DNA of 38,790 nt, taken from IMG/VR virus record IMGVR_UViG_3300009964_000017, one strand, 5' to 3'. The notes below the pieces were generated by a model. That model saw nothing but the letters and a program-made list of their open reading frames with translations. It was not told the origin of the DNA and did not search any database. Origin of the DNA: a virus. Both the position numbers and the translations under genes were made by a program. How positions within the stretch are numbered: position 1 is the stretch's first letter; the number at the start of each line of letters is the position of its first letter. Positions 33,514 to 38,790 of the stretch are shown here, one piece after another.

Positions 33514-33762
33514 ATGAGCACAACAATCAACCAGAATATTAGAGCAGACATCGAAAAAATCATTGAACAAGAATTCCCCGGCCATGAGCTAGTAGTCCTA
33601 ACTACCAGAGTCAAGGATAAGAAAACCGTCTCCGTCGAAGCTGGAGTCATCAACGAGACAGAACAGATTGCCGTCTTCATCGACGCATACTTCGAGAACG
33701 GGCTACGCTACCTCGACAGCTGGCTAGTCACCGAAACAAACTACAAGCTAAGGAATAACTAA
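33514..33762 (+). CDS. Hypothetical 82-aa protein, homologous to the N-terminal half of 34085..34594
   Basis: The RBS is gaaggag. By-eye alignment pairs IEKIIEQEFPGHEL...SVEAGV...IAVFIDAYFENG...TETNY with VKKLLNKEAPGATL...SVKIHA...IVIYAHLNKHG...TNTNV. Confidence 0.6.
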   Translation: MSTTINQNIRADIEKIIEQEFPGHELVVLTTRVKDKKTVSVEAGVINETEQIAVFIDAYFENGLRYLDSWLVTETNYKLRNN

Positions 33763-33766
33763 AGCT

Positions 33767-34075
33767 ATGAACGTCCAAACACTGGCTGCAGCGTTCGATA
33801 TTGTTATCGACTTGGATAAAAGGCCACACGGTTACATGCCTCTCAACATGGCGACAGTTAGGCTAGGGTTGATCTATTTAGCGAACCATGCATACACCTT
33901 AGAGCGCGGCAGAACACTTGTAATGCTCGATCTGGAACACATGAGAAACTTCCTTGACGTGACCGGAGCTGTTGTTACAGAGATTCTCGATTGCCTAGAA
34001 GACAACGGGCTAATCGAAAAGACATACGCGAACCTATGCCAGGTAGCAAAGAGCGAATACTATGTGCTCTTCTAG
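33767..34075 (+). CDS. Winged-helix (HTH_36-like) protein, homologous to the C-terminal half of 34085..34594
   Basis: VRLGLIYLANHAYTLERGRTLVMLDLEHMRNFLDVTGAVVTEILDCLEDNGLIEK aligns with TRLALLYLVNESYLPKEGKSQVEVHKENMCQFLGVTDYTLEEILYCLELNGHITK. Confidence 0.6.
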   Translation: MNVQTLAAAFDIVIDLDKRPHGYMPLNMATVRLGLIYLANHAYTLERGRTLVMLDLEHMRNFLDVTGAVVTEILDCLEDNGLIEKTYANLCQVAKSEYYVLF

Positions 34076-34084
34076 GAGGAACTC

Positions 34085-34594
34085 ATGAAACTAATATCCG
34101 AACGAGTCAAAAAGCTACTGAATAAAGAGGCCCCAGGGGCGACACTCAAGAACTATATGCTCGACAAAACGCCACTAGGGTATTCCGTCAAAATCCATGC
34201 AGTACATGATACGCACAACATAGTAATCTACGCGCACCTCAACAAACACGGGTACCAAATTCACCAGATAACCAATACAAACGTTGCAAAGATAGGAGCA
34301 GAAATGAAGGAAGCACTACGACAGAAAGCCTGGGAAGCGCAAGTTGATATTGCGAAACGACAAGACCCATATTTGCCCATAAGTAAAGCAGCTACACGGC
34401 TAGCGCTGCTTTACCTCGTAAACGAATCGTATTTACCCAAAGAAGGAAAATCTCAAGTTGAAGTACATAAGGAAAACATGTGCCAATTCTTAGGTGTAAC
34501 AGACTACACCCTAGAAGAAATCCTGTACTGTCTAGAGCTGAACGGGCACATCACAAAAATATCTACTAAACCTGAATACCGGATCAACCTGTGA
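34085..34594 (+). CDS. Two-domain protein equivalent to a fusion of the 33514 and 33767 gene products
   Basis: The RBS is aggagga. The N-terminal 70 aa resemble the 33514 product and the C-terminal 95 aa resemble the 33767 product. Confidence 0.65.
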   Translation: MKLISERVKKLLNKEAPGATLKNYMLDKTPLGYSVKIHAVHDTHNIVIYAHLNKHGYQIHQITNTNVAKIGAEMKEALRQKAWEAQVDIAKRQDPYLPISKAATRLALLYLVNESYLPKEGKSQVEVHKENMCQFLGVTDYTLEEILYCLELNGHITKISTKPEYRINL

Positions 34595-35022
34595 GAAAAC
34601 AACCAGTACAAGACCCAATAATTCAGGCACCCGAATACCCGCCAGGCAGCCCACAATGGGTAACCAAAGAACTAGCCAACACACCAAACAGTACCCAGTC
34701 CAGGCAAGCACACATCAACCACTGCAAACAATGCGGCCACATGATCCTAACCGGCCTCGACGGAGACCACACAGCAGGCCCCGCACAAGCAGAACCAACC
34801 ACCCTAGACTGGGTACAACAAAACATCCACCACGCCACAGGCAGGAGACTCTACCTCATAGACCAAACAGAAACCTCATACCACCTCAACATCATTCACG
34901 ACCCAAACCCACACCAATGGCTAAAAATCGTTCCGCAACACATCTGTGGAAGACCCGCCACCGGTGAACCACTATTCAAAAATGAGACAGGAGAAACAGA
35001 CAATGAGCAGCCACCGTTCTAA
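34591..35022 (+). CDS. Hypothetical protein with a CxxC...HxC metal-binding-like motif
   Basis: The GTG start overlaps the upstream TGA (gtga). The sequence has HCKQCGH and, late in the protein, QHICG. I did not recognise a family, and the start is uncertain. Confidence 0.45.
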   Translation: MRKQPVQDPIIQAPEYPPGSPQWVTKELANTPNSTQSRQAHINHCKQCGHMILTGLDGDHTAGPAQAEPTTLDWVQQNIHHATGRRLYLIDQTETSYHLNIIHDPNPHQWLKIVPQHICGRPATGEPLFKNETGETDNEQPPF

Positions 35023-35452
35023 ACCAGCACACTACGAAGAAACCATCCTCGGCATCAAACTTGATGAAATCATCGGGGAGCTACCGTACTGGCTCGGTGC
35101 AGCATTCAAATACGTTTGGCGTGCAAAAAAGAAAAACGGTGCAGAAGACATCATCAAAGCGTTAGATGTCACCGCACGGGCAGAAGGCAAAGGCGGACTA
35201 GAACTAACCAGCCATGTAACTAACTGCTTCAAGAGCCTAGCAGCCTTACGGCATGAGTATGATCTGCGGCAACACTGCATCGGCCTGCTATCTGTCCGGG
35301 CACTAATGTGGGCAGGAGAATACGTGAACCTATCCGAAGAGACACGAGAAAATAACGATTTCTTCCTCTATCGCAGCCTGTCACGATACCTCGTGCAGCT
35401 CCACTGGGAAGAGAAAAAAGAAGCACTGTCCCTAAATGAGGAAGGAAACTAA
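35003..35452 (+). CDS. DUF3310-like protein
   Basis: The track ORF is trimmed to the ATG at 35003, which follows the RBS aggaga. The motif PAHYEE...GIKLDEIIGELPYWLGAAFKYVWRAKKKNGAEDIIKAL matches the DUF3310 pattern. Confidence 0.55.
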   Translation: MSSHRSKPAHYEETILGIKLDEIIGELPYWLGAAFKYVWRAKKKNGAEDIIKALDVTARAEGKGGLELTSHVTNCFKSLAALRHEYDLRQHCIGLLSVRALMWAGEYVNLSEETRENNDFFLYRSLSRYLVQLHWEEKKEALSLNEEGN

Positions 35453-35455
35453 AAA

Positions 35456-35998
35456 ATGGGGTCATTCACGCTACGTATCGACGCAACCGAAGCACAAAAA
35501 TACCGTGCCAACTATTGGGACTTCACATTAACAGGTGAACTCGTAGACAACGCACACCAAACCCAAAAAGCAAAAATTAATGCACGACTCACCATCGACC
35601 GTGACGACCCAACACCACGATACCTAGTCTCATGGGTGACAGTATCCCGCGATAAAAACCGTGAAGTACAGACAGTCCCCGGGCTACTCGCAGAATCACA
35701 AACAGCGCTCGGCAACCTCCTAAAAATCCGTGTCTGCTCCGCGCTCGGAGTGATGATTACCCCGCACTACTTCATCAACCCAGACATGGTAGACACAAGC
35801 TTCAGTGAATACCTAGAGGCACTACTCGAAGAAACAGATGAAGGGCTGGATACTGTCGTCCAGTTCAAAGAAAAATCTGACACCATGTCCCTATTCGCGG
35901 AAATAACCGAAGAAATGGGCACCATCGCCAACGAGTGGAAACACCGGTTTTCACAGTTTGCCAACAAGGTAGCTAACCAGGACGGAGAAGAAAAATGA
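35456..35998 (+). CDS. Hypothetical protein (180 aa)
   Basis: The RBS is ggaagga and the stop overlaps the next start (ATGA). I recognised no motif. Confidence 0.6.
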   Translation: MGSFTLRIDATEAQKYRANYWDFTLTGELVDNAHQTQKAKINARLTIDRDDPTPRYLVSWVTVSRDKNREVQTVPGLLAESQTALGNLLKIRVCSALGVMITPHYFINPDMVDTSFSEYLEALLEETDEGLDTVVQFKEKSDTMSLFAEITEEMGTIANEWKHRFSQFANKVANQDGEEK

Positions 35999-36483
35999 GG
36001 ATCGGAGCACCCATAGAAGTAGAAGTAACCCCAGAAGGCGAATTCGCAAAACTAATCTGGGAACGCTGGCTACCCCTCGGACAGAAAACATTCCTCTCCA
36101 CCAATAAACAATCAGCCTCGCACTGGACGACACGATCCAAAAACGCGAAAGCCTGGCGGCAAGCCGCAAACGACGACGCCAAACAGCAAGGCAACCCGCT
36201 ACCCACCGGGCTAGACTACGCAACCATAGACGCATGGGTCTACAAAAACAGGGCAGGCAGATACGACCCCGCAAACCTCTACCCCTGCCTAAAAGCAATC
36301 ATCGACGGGTACGTAGACGCCGGGCTAACCGAAGACGACAACTATAAGCACCTCGACGGCCCACACCTACACCACGGCGGATTCACCAAAGAAAACCCAG
36401 GAATCCTAATACGGATCACCTGGCAGAACCCCAACGAACGCCCAAAAACCCCGCAACCACACTCAACAATCAGCAAGGAATAA
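35995..36483 (+). CDS. RusA-like Holliday junction resolvase
   Basis: The pattern STNKQSASHW..RSKNAKAWRQ...RYDPANLYPCLKAIIDGYVDAGLTEDDN parallels the RusA motif (S.N...H...R...KA.R ... D.DN..K...D.L...G...DD). Confidence 0.6.
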   Translation: MRIGAPIEVEVTPEGEFAKLIWERWLPLGQKTFLSTNKQSASHWTTRSKNAKAWRQAANDDAKQQGNPLPTGLDYATIDAWVYKNRAGRYDPANLYPCLKAIIDGYVDAGLTEDDNYKHLDGPHLHHGGFTKENPGILIRITWQNPNERPKTPQPHSTISKE

Positions 36484-36485
36484 CG

Positions 36486-37064
36486 ATGCAAAACCTAGAA
36501 ACACTCGTACACGAATTCACCAGAAGCCACCTCACCCGCTACCACACCCCAGGAAAGGACGAATACTACAAACAAATCTCCCTCCTAGAACAACTCGAAA
36601 ACCTCAAAACCGAACGCAGAACCACCTCAGGAGGCACAAGAGGCGGCGGGTCATGCATCCCCCTCAACCAGAATGCAACCCTAATCCAAGCAACCATCGA
36701 ACACACCATCCGGTACCAGCTCGGACGCATCAACCTTGACGCGCTACTACAGCCGCTACCTCAACGACTCGAAACCTGGGCAAACAGCATCGACGAAATA
36801 GAAGCGCGAGACACACTCACCCGCTGGAAAGAATCAATCCTCGCACTAACCGACGTGCTAGTCCCCATTGACGTGTACTGCCCCGCCTGCGGAATCCACA
36901 CCGTAAACATAACCAGCGACGGGGAAACCAGGCGGCAGAACGCGATCATCATCAACACCCGCACCGAAACAGCCTCTTGCCTCCACTGCCTCACCTCGTG
37001 GGTAGGTATGGAAACATGGGAGCCGCTAAAACAAGCCGCAGCACCAAGAAAGCAGGCAGCATAA
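36486..37064 (+). CDS. Hypothetical protein with a C-terminal Cys4 zinc ribbon (CPACG-x30-CLHC); late-regulator candidate
   Basis: The RBS is aaggaa. The 192-aa protein has a zinc ribbon near its C-terminus and is the penultimate gene before the regulatory gap upstream of terS. Confidence 0.6.
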   Translation: MQNLETLVHEFTRSHLTRYHTPGKDEYYKQISLLEQLENLKTERRTTSGGTRGGGSCIPLNQNATLIQATIEHTIRYQLGRINLDALLQPLPQRLETWANSIDEIEARDTLTRWKESILALTDVLVPIDVYCPACGIHTVNITSDGETRRQNAIIINTRTETASCLHCLTSWVGMETWEPLKQAAAPRKQAA

Positions 37065-37522
37065 TGCAACTCGATTCATGGAAAAAATACAACCCGCACC
37101 GAACGGATATTGTGGGTGCACCAATGAGCCCGTCCCAAATATCACCGCGTCTTGACGGGTCATCCATCTACAAATACGGGTGCTGGTGCAAATACTGCGA
37201 CTGGCAAAGCTGCTGGTACGGCACCTGGGAAGAAGCTATGCGTGCCGCCTCGCAGCACTGGGAAGAAGCTAGGTTATTCCAATGGCCCACTAAAAAGGAA
37301 CGTCACGTACTAGACACTGCGGGTATATTCGCCACACCAGAATCAACCAACGTGAACAACGACGCAATATCCCTCGAATGCCAGCAATGCGGGTGGGGGA
37401 AACTAACCGTATATGGTGCAGCCCTCGAACCAAAACTTTACGGGGCAAACCTCTATGGAGAAATCATATCTTCTCACCTTTGGGTGCGACACAGGGAAGA
37501 GTTGAACCTACCGCCCGTATAG
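37064..37522 (+). CDS. Hypothetical Cys/Trp-rich protein (152 aa)
   Basis: The start overlaps the upstream stop (taATG). The sequence contains CWCKYCDWQSCWYGTW and ECQQCGWG. It is the last gene of the early operon. Confidence 0.55.
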   Translation: MQLDSWKKYNPHRTDIVGAPMSPSQISPRLDGSSIYKYGCWCKYCDWQSCWYGTWEEAMRAASQHWEEARLFQWPTKKERHVLDTAGIFATPESTNVNNDAISLECQQCGWGKLTVYGAALEPKLYGANLYGEIISSHLWVRHREELNLPPV

Positions 37523-37530
37523 TATATAAT
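37502..37530 (+). promoter_or_regulatory. Near-consensus sigma-70/sigA-type promoter (candidate late promoter)
   Basis: TTGAAC (37502-37507), an exact 17-nt spacer, then a perfect TATAAT (37525-37530). The element straddles the stop codon of the last early gene. Confidence 0.5.
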
Positions 37531-37604
37531 GGGTACAGCGCATTTAGTGCGCCAAAAAACATGTAGATACTTTTGTCTTATCTGTCTCTGCATCATAAGG
37601 TTCT

Positions 37605-37662
37605 CATACAAAAATAGAAGTCACCTACAGCGCATATTAGGAGGCTTCTATTTTTTTGTATG
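37605..37662 (+). terminator. Imperfect inverted repeat with a T7 run; terminator-like element about 75 nt downstream of the candidate late promoter
   Basis: catacaaaaatagaag (37605-37620) pairs with cttctatttttttgtatg (37645-37662). The inner stem tagaag/cttcta is followed by TTTTTTT. Confidence 0.4.
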
Positions 37663-37731
37663 CACATAAAAAGAACCACCGCCAAAAATCTGGGGAGAAT
37701 AACACAGGCGGCAAAGAATAGTTAGTCACAC

Positions 37732-37778
37732 GCACCACACACCCTGCCATATAAAACGTCGGCAAGGGTGTGTGGTGC
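37732..37778 (+). promoter_or_regulatory. Strong 17-bp-stem hairpin 56 nt upstream of terS (second terminator, or packaging/cos-associated structure)
   Basis: gcaccacacaccctgcc (37732-37748) pairs with ggcaagggtgtgtggtgc (37761-37778) with one bulged base and a 12-nt loop. Confidence 0.5.
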
Positions 37779-37834
37779 ACTAAAACCCTAGCACAAGCAG
37801 ACCACATGAAAGCCCGCGTGAAGGGAGGTACCGC

Positions 37835-38419
37835 ATGAAATCAGATAAGCCACGTTGCGGCGCGAAAACCCGCTCTGGCGGCACATGCCAAAAATTCCCG
37901 CTGCTAGGTGGTAAGCGTTGCGCTAAACACGGTGGTGGTGCCCCTCAGGTGCGCCGCAAAAACAAGCAGAGGCTAGAACGGTACGCTGTCGAAAAGAAAG
38001 TCGCACGTGAAGTCCAGGCGCTCAGTGTAGACGCCATAGACGGCGTGACTGACCCCCTGGCTGAGCTGCAGCGGCTCACCACCGAGGCGATCCACTTCAA
38101 AGACGCACTAGGCGGAATGGTAAACGACCTAGAAAAAGACATCTCAACATACAGCAGTGACGGTGTTGAGCATGCCCGCACCGTCATAGACCTTTACGGT
38201 GCCGCAATGGATCGCACCGCAAAATTCCTAGAAGTCGCCATGCGGCACGACATTGCAGGCAAACTAGCCGCAATCGAAGAAGCAAAAGCCGTCGCTGTTG
38301 GTGCAGTACTCATGCGCACACTCAACGCGCTAAACCTGCCACCAGAACAAATAGAGAAAGCACACAAAATCATGGTCGCCGAATTCCGCAAACAAGAGCT
38401 AGAAGCGGCAGACGAATAA
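37835..38419 (+). CDS. terS: Terminase small subunit
   Basis: The RBS is strong (gaagggagg). The N-terminal motif RCGAKTRSGGTCQKFPLLGGKRCAKHGGG is common in actinophage small terminases. The gene lies directly upstream of terL. Confidence 0.75.
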   Translation: MKSDKPRCGAKTRSGGTCQKFPLLGGKRCAKHGGGAPQVRRKNKQRLERYAVEKKVAREVQALSVDAIDGVTDPLAELQRLTTEAIHFKDALGGMVNDLEKDISTYSSDGVEHARTVIDLYGAAMDRTAKFLEVAMRHDIAGKLAAIEEAKAVAVGAVLMRTLNALNLPPEQIEKAHKIMVAEFRKQELEAADE

Positions 38420-38439
38420 CAAACAAATGGGTGGTTGGT

Positions 38440-38790
38440 ATGGGTAGCGGGTTCTGGGGGCACCTCGCAGACATATTCGCGCCACGCGAAACACCATACA
38501 AAACACCCGGCGAACTAGCCATAGACCTAGACCCGCAAACAGTGCAAACCCCCGCGCTAGACCTCATAGACCGCAAACTCGTTGAAGCGTTCAACACACC
38601 CGACTCACGCCTCATAATCTCCATGCCACCCCAAGAAGGGAAATCGCAAAGAGCATCACGCAGATTCGTAGAATGGGTGCTATCCCAACGACCAAACACC
38701 CGCGTCGTCATAGCCTCATACCAGAAAGAAATCGCCACCGAATGGGCTGGCACCATCCGCGACGACATCCGCATGCACTCAGACAAACTC
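38440..38790 (+). CDS. terL: Terminase large subunit, 5' part (117 codons), continuing at nt 2 of the window
   Basis: I translated it by hand: MGSGFWGHLADIF...RLIISMPPQEGKSQRASRRFVEWVLSQRPNTRVVIASYQ. The Walker A-like PPQEGKS is present. The last 127 nt equal nt 1-127 and stay in frame with 14..1261. Confidence 0.9.
   Translation, partial: MGSGFWGHLADIFAPRETPYKTPGELAIDLDPQTVQTPALDLIDRKLVEAFNTPDSRLIISMPPQEGKSQRASRRFVEWVLSQRPNTRVVIASYQKEIATEWAGTIRDDIRMHSDKL
38664..38790. repeat. Second copy of the terminal redundancy (identical to nt 1-127)
   Basis: Direct comparison of both ends of the record. Confidence 0.9.

Overview
This window is a complete, circularly closed genome of a temperate siphovirus-like phage or prophage. 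Its unique length is 38,663 bp: nt 1-127 repeat nt 38664-38790, and the large-terminase gene runs across that junction. The host is probably a moderately high-GC Gram-positive, actinobacterial-type bacterium; this is inferred from gene content and protein motifs read by eye, not from any database search. The + strand carries, in order, terL, portal, MuF-like protein, scaffold, DUF2190-like protein, major capsid and four head-tail joining genes. It continues with a 55-aa ORF missing from the track, the major tail protein, G/GT chaperones, a 1510-aa tape measure, Dit, Tal and a minor tail protein. The late block ends with an enzyme-bearing tail fibre, an SGNH esterase, a membrane protein, an amidase endolysin and a holin. 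A leftward block follows: an AT-rich two-gene moron, a tyrosine integrase and a CI-like repressor. After a divergent switch comes the rightward early block: Cro-like and Xis-like HTH proteins, two small membrane proteins, a four-zinc-ribbon protein, a Cas4-like exonuclease and a PrimPol-helicase. That block continues with an iteron origin, a family of winged-helix paralogues, DUF3310-like and RusA-like proteins and Cys-rich proteins, then a 312-bp regulatory gap and terS. I saw no tRNA, rRNA, CRISPR array, transposase or reverse transcriptase. The candidates most worth follow-up are listed below.
- A dense iteron-type origin at 32909-33167, next to a winged-helix gene that is only intact if a -1 shift occurs at an A4 run.
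- A duplicated and fused two-gene module at 33514-34594.
- An uncharacterised tandem four-zinc-ribbon, lysine-rich protein overlapping the Cas4-like nuclease gene.
- A translationally coupled AT-rich two-gene moron between the lysis cassette and the integrase, with toxin-antitoxin or defence-like architecture.
- A tail fibre with a spherulin-4/GH135-like domain followed by an SGNH esterase.
- A probable +1 (CCC_CGA) frameshift in the tail chaperone genes.
- A near-consensus promoter plus terminator cascade in front of terS, which looks like an antitermination-controlled late operon.

All functional calls rest on motif recognition by eye and gene order and need HMM or structure searches to confirm.
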